Shown piece after piece: positions 16,609 to 29,600 of a DNA stretch of 64,000 bases (positions are counted from its first letter, which is position 1; each line of letters starts with the position of its first letter). This DNA is from Lobosporangium transversale (taxonomy: Eukaryota), in assembly GCF_002105155.1 (NCBI RefSeq), contig NW_019028981.1:62001-126000 (forward strand), given 5' to 3'. The notes under the pieces were generated by a model. The model did no database searches. It worked only from the letters and a program-made list of their open reading frames with translations, and had not been told where the DNA came from. A program made the translations under genes and the position numbers.

Positions 16609-17848
16609 TCTTTTCTTTTCTTTTCTCTTCTTTATCTTAAATCCGTTTGTAATAAGAAAAGTATCTCAATGTGAATGTGTATATAAAGTTAAATTGGAAT
16701 AGTAATGATTAGAGAGAGAGAGAGAGAGGATAAAGAAGTGGTAATGTACAAGTAAGTTACTATGCAAGAATATATAAAAAAAAAAAAAAAAAAAAAACGG
16801 CAAGAATGCCTGTCAACAGTTGCGCAAGTTTATGTGCGCGTTGTAGCTGTGTTTGTGTCTATAAGGGTGAGAGCATGAGGCGGAGAGAGGAACGATGATC
16901 CGACCCACAGGGACAGAGAAGGGGACTGATATTGAAAGGAGCAAAAGCAATCAGAACAGTGGATCGGATCACCGAAGGAAGGATAAGAGAGTGAGGACAA
17001 AGAAGGAAAGAAAGAAGGAAAAAAAAAAAAAAAAAAGATGGAGATGAAGAGCAAGGGAAAAAAAGTGATCCTCAATTGATGCTATTCCTCTCGTCCTGCA
17101 TCTTAACAATCGTCTTTTGATTAATAGATTAATTGGCGTAATTCATTCTGGGAATGAAGACGATATTCAAGAGCAGCTTATTGTCGTTGTTATGCCTGTG
17201 GTTTTATTTTATTTTTTTTATTTTTTAATAAATAAACAGAGGAATGAATATCCGCCTTCTGTTTCTAACCTTCCGTCTCGGCCTCCTATCTCGACCCTAA
17301 CTTCTTTCTCATTTGTTCATCAAGAACATTGTGTCTGTTACTTCATTCCCATAATTTGTCCGATTGTCAATTTAAAATAAATATTACATACACTTGCTCG
17401 AAGAAATGAAAAGTTGGGCACAACAAAAAAAAAAGGGAAAACTTTATGTCTAAACATGTTGAACAAAGTGTAAAAAAAATCCAACTCCTTGCTCAAGAGC
17501 CCTTTGGAGTGTTAAGCACAAATATTAATGTTCAATGCAACAATTGTTGGCTAACCATTCTACCAGTCTCCTCACATGTTGTTGACATGAAAAAGAAGGT
17601 TTGATCCCAGGAGACTACACCAGAGAACATGAACCAGTCGTCAGCTTGGTATACATGTGTGTCTAGGTGAGTGCACTTTTCTTTTCTTTTCTTTTCTTTA
17701 TTCAGTACACTTTTTATTATTACTATTGTCATTTTGCGTAATATACATATTAAAGTAATGGTACATGGAGTAAGATAAAAAATAAAAAAAAAGAAAAACG
17801 TCCTTTTCTATTCGCGTAGTCGCTTCAATTGTGAGGAGCATGAACAAA

Positions 17849-19530
17849 CTACTTGCGACTACCGTTAGAGGCTAGTATCTCGTAGACCATTCTCAGCGTA
17901 TGGAACAAAATCGACACAGGGTCTGCTGCTTGCTATGATGTGTCCATAAAAAGAAAGAAAGCCAGAATTAATTTTTTTTAAAAAAAAAAAAAAAAAAAAA
18001 GAGCACATAATGCATGCATGAATTTTAAAAATGAATGAACACTAACACTAAATTGTCCAATTGTCCGCGGAGGGTCACTGGCTGTGTTCACCTCTTCATC
18101 TGGTTCTAAAGGTGAAGACGGAATATCGGCAATGTCTCTATAGATCGTGGCAGGCACTCGAGCCTCTCTTGCTGCTTGAATATCACTCTCTCGGATCTGT
18201 TGCTTTCCACCCAGATTCTCATGTCCATCAGGTATGTTGGGGACTTCAAGAGCCAGTGGGTGAGGAAGTCTCCAATAAACATCATTTCGAAGATCAACCT
18301 GATCATACTCTGGTATTATAAATGCTGGTGTCTTAGCTGTGATAGTTGGCGAAAGCGACATCTTATCTCCGAGATCTAGGCTCCTTGACATCTCATCATC
18401 GTAGTTGTCATGGTCGCTGTAATGCTCATTATTTCCATCATTCCAGCCCATTTCCTCAGACGCTTCATCTTCGCTCAACACAGGCTCGAAAAGCTTTATA
18501 GATACAAGATCTTCATCTCTGAAACGGACAGTCTTTTTCGTTTTGTGTTGTTTCTTATGAGTATCTGTCTCCCTGTTGTGTTGATATGCTGGTTGTTCGA
18601 AATCTACCTTTGCTCTATCCTCAACAAGAATCTTGGTTGGCGTGGTTTGAGATGATGTTGAAGAGGATTGAGCACTATTTGCTGGTGGGCTGGATAGTAT
18701 AGCTTGCTGTAGCTGTTGCTTATTTGTAGGCCTATCAACCACAATATTTTGACTGACAGGGCTAGTGGGCTGACGAGCGCTGTCTCTATTCGTAGCAGCG
18801 GCCCGCGGTGATGTTGGGGATGATGAGGAATATTGACGAGACCTAATTTCGCGGAAAAAATCTGGGTTTACAGAGATACGTGGCGGAGGTGCAGGCATTG
18901 CTTTATTAAACTTTGGTAGCTGAAAAAGTTCTTGCCGATTGGTATTCTAGATGACCAATAAATGATAGTTTATGTAATCAGTAGCAGAAGGAATACGAGC
19001 AGTTAGATATTCTATGCCTTTACCTCCACGGCCATGTAATCACCATTACCTGTTGATTCACCGTTGAGAGTTGGAACCTATCTGATTTAGTTCTCTTCCT
19101 TGCGGTCTCATAATGATCCCCGGAGGCAGGTCGCGATAACCTTGCTCCGCCTCTAGAGAAGCCCTCCCACGCCCGCACAAGATCAGACGCGTTTGCAACA
19201 ATTTCTATAACCATAGACAGATGTAGAAAACCAATAAGGTTGGTCTAAAAGTATCGAGAGCCTATCTCAAAATATAAACTTAGTAGATCTTTGCTTACCT
19301 CGAGGCGCACTATCATCACTCGCCAGATCCTCGACCGCTTCCCGTAGTTTGCTCTTTAGAGTACCTCGCTTGAATGGAAGGTTCTTGAGCGCACGAAGAG
19401 CTGTGATCAGTAATTCTGCATACTCTGGCTCATTCTTTGCTAATGTAGCGTCCTTTATCCAAAGTCTAATCACTTCAGGCCCTTCCGACTCTACAAATCT
19501 ATTTTTCGTTCAAGTGGGCCAAGGTGAATG

Positions 19531-19570
<40 letters not shown>

Positions 19571-21500
19571 TCAGTGATGGAGGACATAATATCATAAACA
19601 GATATGACCCCATCTACTTGAGACTGCAATAACGTATATGTCAGCCAAATACCTATACCCACCTTTCCAAGATTGCTGGCAGCTTTGTTAACACAAGTGT
19701 ATTCAGAATAAAACGCTTTCCTTTCGCATCACCAGCCTGAAGCATAATCTCAACTATCGGCTCAACACTTGCTGGACTATAAATCGATCCTCCTCGAACA
19801 TGCGGAGCGATCTTACCTAAGAGCTGTTTCATTGTGGATTGTATCGTAAAAATATGTAATAATGGGAGCAAAGGGTGTGAATTATTTTGTTTTTTCATCA
19901 ATAAAGCTCAGCCTTGCAACTTTCACTATACATACTTTAGATCCACTGTCTTCCGAGTCAGCCTTGGAAGCAACTGACAATTTCTTGGCTTGAGTTTGTA
20001 TGAATGGAGTATGCGTCCGATACGTGACAGACGAACTACCAAGGTCGCCATATCCCGGTGTTTCTTCCCTTTGAAATCTAATGAATTGTTTGTCGTTCCT
20101 TATCTAAGTTAAAAGAAGTCATTTAGCTTTATACGCACATTTGGACATAATTTAACTCACTCTTCATCGTCGCTTGACTCTGTTCCACTATCTGACAATA
20201 ATATGAACACAATAACAATTGGTGTTAGAATGCGGATCAAATTAATTTTCCATTCTTGCGAGAAAAAAAACTTTGGAACTTTTTTTTTTTTTTTTTTTTT
20301 TTTTTACCTGATGCTGCTGAAGCAACTGGACTGGAATCAGGGCTGATACCAAGCAAACTCAGCTCACTCATGCGCTCCTTGTGCCGTCGATTAGCAAACC
20401 ACTGATTTACCTACAAAGACATAGCAGCAGAGAGAGAGATATTTATATAGATGTATAACAGTAGCCTTTAGCTACTTTTAATTTATCATATCGTATGACT
20501 GTTTATTATTTACGCAACTCGCAAAAACTAAAATACCAACCCTTTCAACCGGTTCATCGATTTCATTAGCGAGCTTTCTCTTTATTTCAGTGGATGGTAA
20601 AGGATTCATACGAAAGGATTTTTCCAATTTCGCTGTCTGACTATCGCTGAAGCGCTTACGAGTTGCATTCAAAGTTCTAATAACAGCATTCGATTGTGAT
20701 TTATGGATTGTCGGTTGGTGATAGTCTAAGGTAAATAAAAAAATAAAAATAAAAAATAAAAAATAAAAAAAAAAAAAGATGATTAATTCAACTGGAGCGA
20801 TTTTTCATTTCAGATTTATATCATTATTACCTTTGAAAGACATGAGGAGGGGATCTGATGGCCTTCTATGCACGAGCCAACTTTTACGTGGTAGAACAAC
20901 AGCACTCAGGAGCATCCGCCGTTTTCGTAAATCCCTAAAAGGATTATTACGCGGGCTTTTGTTTCCACCACTGCCAATGCTATTAGTGATAATGTTTGTA
21001 TTGGAATATCTGCTGGTGCTGTTGCTGGGGTTGCTGATATAGCTAGGATCGACACGATTGACAGAACCTGTGTTGTTGTTGTGGTTGCCAGTATTAATTG
21101 AACTACTAGGATTGTTGGTATGTCCGCTTGCTGTTTTATTGACGGTAGGGTTGGTTTTAATGATAACGATGCTGCTATTGACACTGGTGTTATGCGCAGT
21201 ATTGTTTGTGGAGCTGCTATTATTGTTATTGGTGGTGTTGGTGCTGCTAGGGTTGTTGTTCGTAGTAGCGGTGGTAGTAATGAAAGCAGTTTCATGTGGT
21301 TGCCAGTCCCGACCAGCTGATTGGGGCTGAGCTGGAACCTGAATGGTATGTTTCTTAGTCTCGTGCTCATGCATTAGCTGGAGGTGCGGTCTGTGTCGTA
21401 CTAGTCGAATGATGTCATCCTCATCATCCTCCATTTCCTGCGTCTCCTCAGAGATAAGATCAGGAATAGATGCGTGAGGATAGTTATTAGGATTCGTCAT
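17849..21500 (-). CDS. Homeodomain + TFIIS-N-terminal-like domain + PP1-binding protein (PNUTS/PPP1R10-like, LUMINIDEPENDENS-like architecture); about 10 exons
   Basis: Spliced homeodomain RKRFSDSQTAKLEKSF...VNQWFANRRHKER; TND-like FVESEGPEVIRLWI...ASDLVRAWE; RVxF motif KKTVRF; ESDIQAAREAR...IPSSPLEPD like PNUTS. Exons can be joined in frame with GT-AG introns. Confidence 0.8.
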
Positions 21501-22054
21501 GGCATGAGTGATGCGTTTCTCGTAAGTGAGGCAGGTAGAGGCCGTTAAAGTTAAAGCAGAACCTTGTGAAGTAATAATTCTACTGCTCTGGTGGCTTCGG
21601 AACTGTCCGCCATCTTAACTGCTCTAACACCTTACTACACGTGCACTGACGCGTGTTGTGTGGTGTGGATACAGGAGAGGAAACACCACAGACAATTGTT
21701 GACATTACTGTGAATAAGAGTCTGTTCCTGTTTTGGTGGCGCACCGTTGCACTGTCCTCATGATATCATCAAGAAACTGTGCATTTTTTTAACCTTATTT
21801 TTGCCGACTTGGGTTGACTTACAAATATTATGGGTCAAGTCATTCTCTTTTGTTAAACGGCTTTTTTTTTTTTTTTTTTTTTTTTTTTGACAAAAGCTTC
21901 ATACAAACTCTCATTTCTCTTCTTTAATTAGCGCTGAAAAATAAAACTTAAAGGTTCCTTTTTGTCCCTATCATTCCCCATTCTTTCTCATTTCTGCTTT
22001 AAAAAAAAAAAAAAGCAAAGACAATCCTAGACTCGATTATAAGCGATTTCTCAA

Positions 22055-23968
22055 ATGCTCACTTCTGATGCATCGAATTTGAAGCAGGCGAAAAGCGATC
22101 ACAACATGCACGATTCTCAGCCAACCAAAAGCCCTGAAAGGGTGGGTAGACAACGTTCCTCTCGGATTTCCCGGCAAAAATCGTTAAGAAAGGAAAATAA
22201 TAAACCTGTCGAGTCGTTGCCTCCAAAGAAAATGTTGACCCCATCTTTGACTGGGGTTAGCAATGGTGCTACTCCTCATTCCCATGCAAAACATACAAAT
22301 CGACGGCTGAAAAGACCCGATACCCTGAAAGATTCGATCATAGCATATCGCATGTACTGGGCAATTGCTTTATTTTTCATCGCCATGGCTTTCACACTCT
22401 TTCCGGCACGATCGCCTATCATGAATGACGAAGGTAACTTATTGTATATTTATCCTGGGCTCATGGTAAGCCATTCCATGCTGAAAAGAAAGAATTAAAA
22501 AAACACATACTCATCCTGAGACTATCTTTGTTTAATTTCTTTAGACTCGTCCATTGCTTGGCCACCAGAAATCACATCCGCCCAATGTTTAAAGGCGTAT
22601 CCAGGGAGGCCTCTGATTCAATATGTTCTCATGGTCGACGCTGGATCTATGGGGTCTAGGATCCATGCTTACAAGTTTAATTACTGTAATGCGACACCAG
22701 AGCTAGAAAGCGAAACGTTTGATCATGTAGAGCCGGGTCTTTCGTCTTATGCTGATGATGCTGAAGGTGCAGCCATGAGCCTGGATCATTTGCTGGATGC
22801 CGCTCTGGAGACCATCCCTCCATTTCTTCATCGACGTACCCCTATTGCAGTCAAGGCAACTGCAGGTCTGAGACTATTGGGCGAAGAAAAGTCGAATAGA
22901 ATTTTGGCCGCCGTACGTGAAAGACTCGAATCCAAGTATCCATTCCCAATCATCGAAGAGCAAGGGGTTGCCGTTATGGACGGAGCTGATGAAGGTAAGA
23001 ACTGCGTAGCTAATTTAGTATCACGAGGAGGAACCTTGAAATGTTGCTAATTGAAGCATTATACCTTCATGGTTTTTTAAGGTGTCTTTGCCTGGGTCAC
23101 GGTTAACTATCTACTAGGTCGATTCAACTCTTTAAAAAAAAAGGCAACGGTTGCCATTCTAGATCTTGGTGGTGCCTCAACTCAAGTAGTGTTTGAACCA
23201 CATGTGGTTGATGGTCACTCTGTTGCTCAGGGCACCCACCGATATCCTATGAGCTTCAATGGAAACGAGTATATTCTATATCAGCACTCCCATCTTGGTT
23301 ACGGACTCATGATGGCACGGACCAGGATCAACAACTATTTAGTCGATAGCCCTCTCGCTCACCAACATAGCATGAACTTGAATGAGAATGAATACGCACA
23401 TCCCTGCCTTCCTGTAGGTCATCGACAGGAGTTTATAACCCAAAAGGGTCAGAGTGTAGTGTTAGTTGGAGTCTCGGATCCAGGTGGGCAGTGTAGGGCA
23501 GTTGTGGAAGCCATCTTTAACAAGCAGGGCCTGTGCCAGCAACCACCATGCTCCTTCAACGGAGTCCATCAGCCGTCGTTCCAGTCATTTGTCAAGGACG
23601 ATATCTATGCGTTTTCATTCTTTTTCGATCTCACGGCGCCTTTTAGACATGGTAGTGCTACATTGGCACAAGAGATGACGATTGAAGAGCTAGAGGAGCT
23701 GACGGATCGCTTATGCGTTGGCGATGAAAATGGATTCCAAGAATTTCATAGTTCTGCAGAGGCGATGAAGGAGATTCGTAAATCTAACGACCTGTGCATG
23801 GATTTGAGCTATATATATGGTTTACTCGAATATGGATATGGAGTCCCAAAGAACAGGAAGATCGTATTGGCCAAAAAGCTCAAGGGATATGAGACAGGCT
23901 GGTTTGTCGGAGCCAGCATTGCGGTACTGGAAGAGCGCGACTGGTTTCATAGTGCAATGGCCTTTTAA
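22055..23968 (+). CDS. GDA1: Guanosine diphosphatase / apyrase (GDA1/CD39 family), type II membrane; exons 22055-22433, 22545-22994, 23082-23968
   Basis: Apyrase conserved regions DAGSMGSR, KATAGLR, DEGVFAWVTVNY, DLGGASTQ and C-terminal GW motif; N-terminal TM helix. Confidence 0.92.
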
Positions 23969-24294
23969 ATTAAGCCAGAAAAAAATATATACCCATCAAA
24001 TTACTGCGACTCTGAAGAGGAAGATTATATAGAGGACCCTTCCTCTTCTTTGGGCGTTAATAAAACTGCAACATCCCTACCATTCTCGTGTCCCATGTGC
24101 ACTCCTGTCCCTTCCCCCTTTTTTTTCCTTACAAGGGGTATGATTGGAGGGTGAGCAAATGAGCTACTTCCGGAATATGTGAAGAGCACAGATATGTTTA
24201 GGAAAGACTTTTGTTCATTCTCCTCTTCCATTTCATTCCATCTGACATCTCGCAAATTAAGACACCTAATTCCAGGCCTTTCCTTTTACTTTTA

Positions 24295-24327
<33 letters not shown>

Positions 24328-24394
24328 GCTGCTTTGTACACGATTTCCCTTCTCCACAGGACTAAAGTAAAATAGAGGGACATCTCTATCAAAA

Positions 24395-27300
24395 ATGGAA
24401 AATGGTGTCTGGAATACATTGAATAAGCTAAAGACCATGATGACAGCACCCAAGGCACAGTCTACTAGTGCCATGCAACTATCACAATTCAACGAGTGCT
24501 GGCTAAGGGTCCAGGTAACATTAAAACACATATTGTTTGTGTTTCAGAGGATGAGAATCAGAACCCTGGGAATTAAAAGGTTACTGATAAGGCTCATCGT
24601 CACTTTCATTTTTGTGGTGGATTTAATAAGGCTGCAATTTCCACACCCGAGAAAAGAAAACTAGACATCCAACAGACCAAAATCCCAGTTCATCTAAAGA
24701 ATATGATCGACTCACTTGTAGTTGAGCAATCTCGTCTGGATGATGTTACGGAGACAACAGGAGTCTGCATGGAATACCTCCTCAAGAATGACTGTTTAAC
24801 CAAACTAGTCAATGCTTGCGCGGAGGGCGATAGCCCACGTGGGATCGTGATCGAGACCATTCGTACTATAGCATCTATGATCAACCTGCTCTATGACCGC
24901 TTTTTAGTTCACAATGCCGTTCATAGGCCGATCGTCAAATTATTGAGGACATGCTGTGCCTCTGGGACAGAAATGGAAGGCAATGAGGGCTACCATGAGG
25001 ATTTGGTTGACTTGATGTATGTTCTTTGCTCCAGGATTCATGGGTACCCTGAACTCCTCAACATCTTCTTCCACGACAAACAATGGCAGACAGTATCCAC
25101 GAGATTTGTAGATGCACAAAGACTTCAGAAGAACAGGGAGACGAATGCGCTCCTGAAAAGTATAAGTCAGCATTCAGATTCGACGTTTACAAACTTGGAT
25201 AATGACTCGCCTCCGAAACCTGCAGCAGAACCTATAATGTCTGGGGGAAAAGGCGGTCCTATATTCGATGACAAGGTTGACATGGATTTCCCGTCAAATT
25301 TTTCCGATTATTCATCAGATGGCACAGAATCAACAAAGACAAAATGTCCACCCAAGAAGGAGTATGAATTTTTGCTCTTCACCTATCTTTCAAAATTTGT
25401 GCATCACGAAGGCAAAGTAGGCGATTTTGCGAGAACAGGACTTCTATTTTTGATGGAGCTTGCAACAGGCTCACTAGGCGAGTATATCCAGGATTCTGAA
25501 TTCGCCACATATCTGATCGCAGGTATAGGTGCTCTTTATTCACAGCTGCCTCGGAAACTCATCGTCAAAGGCGGCTCCAGTAATAATAATGGAAAAGTAG
25601 CACCAGCGCCCATGGTTCCCTCTCGACGAGCTAATATTGAATTATCGACCTCTCCTGCGTTTCGATCTCGCCTGGATGCTTTTTTGAAGGCCCTTGAGTT
25701 TTGTCAAGATATACTTGTACGATGCCCAAACACAGCGATTGCGAGGACTTTGTTGACATCGTTCAAGGTAGTATTTTTGGAAAGCATTCTATACCCATCC
25801 ATCATGGAGTGCGCAGACACAGATGGAAGTGCAGTAGCAGTTATCAGTTACATCGACCAAATTCTGCAAACGTTGCAACATGAAGCTTTCGTAGATTTAG
25901 TGGTAGGGTTCCTGATGGAATCTGAAGACGATTTGGAGATGCATGGAAAGCTGTCTGAAAATATGGAGATATTTACAGAAGTTCAAAATCTTCAGACCAC
26001 ATCACCTTATTTCACGGCGATTGGACGATTCACATTAAAAGACTTGGTGCTCTCGCGGCTCAAGTCGCAATCGCAGCCAACAGTGATTGCAACACTAAAG
26101 CTCCTCAATACACTCATCACCCGGCATTGCAAATATGCGCTCAAATTGCTCAGCATTCAGCCAGAAAATAGGGCCTTTGACATCCGGGGTCTAAATAATG
26201 CCAACTCTTCTGTCCCAGGATCTTACCAAGATGTGCCTATGTTTAATCATCACGCCCATGAACTAGACCTATTCTACTCGCTTATCGCCGCTGTCAATCC
26301 CTATAATAATATTGAAGGCTTCTGCAGTGGCTACGATGCCTATTTACGAGATGCTGAAGGAGCCTTGTGGACACATGAACGTTTTGGAGAACCAAATAAT
26401 GGCGATGCTCTGCAGAATGATGGCAAAATAGACTTAGAAGCTGAACGCAAGAAGCAACGGCGACGTAGTATGAAATATGGAGACAGGATGGATCTTTCGG
26501 ATGGTCATCAGTCCCTAGAGACACCTGTGCAAGGCCATGGTAGGATATCAAGTACGAGTAGGGCGCCATCAAGTTGTAGTTGCAGCGCGACCCCAAGGCA
26601 TCGACTGCTACCTTCTGAGCCACTACTTCAAATCCTCTTGGGAATACTGTCACATTTTTTTGCCCATACGGCTGAGCTCAATATTGCACTCACGGGGGTG
26701 ATCACTTCGTTGGCGGTTTGTCCTAGCCGTTCTTTAGAGGGCTGGTTACTGTTCAAAGCGAGTGATATTGAGAAACCCGACATCGATTGTGAGTCTGGAG
26801 ATGAATCCGAAGGCGGAAACGGAGCCTATCAGAAAGCACTATCCGAGGAAGGATCGTTTGGCCTTATTAGCGCCTTTAATTCGATAGCGCTCGAAGCGTT
26901 GACTGGTGATGCCTTCTATGATTCAGATGACGAGGACTCCATGCCTATCTTCATAAAGAATGAAGCGGACGCGCTATCGCATTGCCCACCACACTTTAAG
27001 TCCTTTCCTCCATTTTTCACAATGCTTAGGACGCTCACACAGCAGGTGGACTATTATCGAAGCGAAATCGATGGGTTTGATGATTACCTGGCAGAAAAAC
27101 GGCGAGTTCTTTTGTGTTCTGACGAAGATAGCACGATTAATAGTACTTCAGTTCTATCGCAAACAACTCCTTTGAATAATCATCAGCTACTGCTGCCGAA
27201 CCATCCATCTAACATGGGAAGCATGTATGGATCAAATGACTCGTTCTTTTCTATTTCAGGAGACCCTGCAGTAAACCCACGCTTGCCGGTCTCAGCCGTT

Positions 27301-28551
27301 GTAAGGAGACCATCCTTATCCAATTTGCTTGCAAGTGCAGTGGGGTCAACCAATCCGAGCGTCGTTGCGGATGGAAATAAGGCCGGTACGAACTCTATAG
27401 CTTCATCCTCAGTGCTACAGCAAGCCAACACTAAGACACCTGCTTCCCCCGGAAGCTCGACCATGTTTCCCACGTCGAGAGCTAGGAAGAGCAGTTCGCC
27501 ACTAAGCTTAATGGCCACGCCGTCCAACCTGCCTTTCATGGTTCCTCCTGGCATGAACAGCAAGCAACGGAGGTCTATCAGCGCCAGTCCCCTTGCAGGA
27601 GGTAGTATTAGCGGTACTGCGGAGGCCCCAGCTATGCCACGCCGTCCATCTACAAACGCTGGTACTGATACTGTTACAGAAGCAGAGAGCCGAGGATTTT
27701 CTTCAACATCTTCAACGTCACAGATAAGACCCAGTTCATTATCAAAATCACTGCTAACGATGTCAGTTACGTCTAGTACGGGGTCGCCATCTAAACCCAC
27801 ATCAACCAGTGGTATGTTCGCCTTTGGTGCTTCCTCTCTTCAAGGACGTAGCAACATTAGCAACGGGGGCAACAATGCAACCCACAATCCGACTAGTACA
27901 GTATCCATGCTACAGACTCAAACTCGGTCCGAATCACCTGGAACCAAGCCGTTGAGCAATATCATGGAGACGATGATGATCAGGCCGTTATTTACAGATG
28001 GTTTTCTGGATGATTCAGATTGTGAGCTTGAAAATCATCTACATATCAGGGCGAAATTGAGGGGCGATCAAGAAGAGAGTGAGGAAGATAATGAGGACGA
28101 GGACGTGAGCGACAACGAAAGTAATAGCAGCAGCAATGATAATAGTGACACTAGTAATACCAATAGAGCCCACAAAGCCAGCACCGTAAATGAAGCCGAA
28201 TTTAAAGCGCAGGAGCCTTTGAATCATCAAATAGCGGGAGCAGAAGTAGGAATAGGAGGAGGAGGAGGAGGAGGAGGAGAAGCAGGAGGAGGAAGAAGTA
28301 TTCACATGGAAATTAAACGTGACATAGCCGACTCTTCACTCCCTCCTACCATTATATCTAATACAAGAAAGACAAGGAGAGCAAGAAAGTCATCGACTCC
28401 TGTCCAAAAGAATACGGTTCAAAAGGAAAAGATGGTGACCCTTAGTCAATTACTGACGAATGTAGTGATTCTGGAAGAAGTGGTCAAAGAAGTTGTTGCG
28501 ATTGCACAGGTGCGTAGAGCCATAGGTCTAGACAAAGTACGCTTTCTATAG
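24395..28551 (+). CDS. FTS-Hook-interacting protein (FHIP/FAM160/RAI16 family); exons 24395-24514, 24631-28551
   Basis: TGVCMEYLLKN, AVHRPIVKLL, GALYSQLPRKL, FLESILYPS and C-terminal LLTNVVILEEVVKEVVAI motifs typical of FAM160. Confidence 0.9.
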
Positions 28552-29600
28552 ACCAAACAAATATATATAAATATATATAAAATTGCTGAGCAAAAAAAAG
28601 GAACGCGAACGCTTTTGCAAGGGCATTTGTATTTGCTCTGATCCTTCTCCTTGCTGTGCTTGCAATGTTTGCTATGTTTGCTCTGTTATTTACTTGCGGT
28701 CCAAGGTCTTTGGACCCATGGAGTCCATGCTCTCCAATGCTCCAAACCTCATATTCATGTTGTATTATCGAAAAATATGTCAACTGACATTGTTCTGCCT
28801 TTTTTTTTTTTTTTTTTTTTTTTGGTTCCTTTTTTTCCCTCCCCCATTTTTAGAATGTTTTTTTTTTGAAAAGGAGGAGAAAGGAGATCAGATTGTTAAG
28901 AGGTCCCAAAAGAAAAACATTTTTAATGTCAATTTCAATCAATCAAAATGAATAATAAAATAAATAAAAAAAAGTAAAAAAAAAAAAATAATGTATATTA
29001 TAAATGCCGTTTTTTTTTTTTTTTTTTTTTTTTTCTTGCTTGTCTCGTCAGGGATGGAGTTATGCATTTGCAAAAATGGATAAATTCATTTAAACAAAGA
29101 GGCAATGCACCAATAAATGTATCTTCACAATGTTTAAGAATATTCAGAATAAACCTTGACGATAATTTAAACAAATAAGATGAAAGGAGAGTGGATGTTA
29201 CTAAAAAGCTTTTATTTTTTAAAGTTGGGGGGTTATCGAATTGGACGGGACCTGGGCTTATTATGTCTTCATTTGTTTTCTTTTTTCTTTTTATTTCTTA
29301 ATAAAGTAGGAAAAAAGTAATTTTTTTTTTTTTTTTTAGAATGAATATGATTGTTACTATTTGAAGAAATAATGCTACAGAGGCGGAGGCTGGCGTTGGA
29401 TTACAAGAATGAATGAATATTAATCATTATAATAATTAACAATAATAAAATGATGTTCATAAAAATAATAAAAATGAGTGTTCACAAATATGCTTTAACA
29501 AAAAGGGATAGAAAGACTAATAGGATAGGAGATGGAGAAACGAGAAACGAAAAAGAGGGGGGATCAAGAAAAAGAGCGCATGGGTTACATTTGGCAACAT

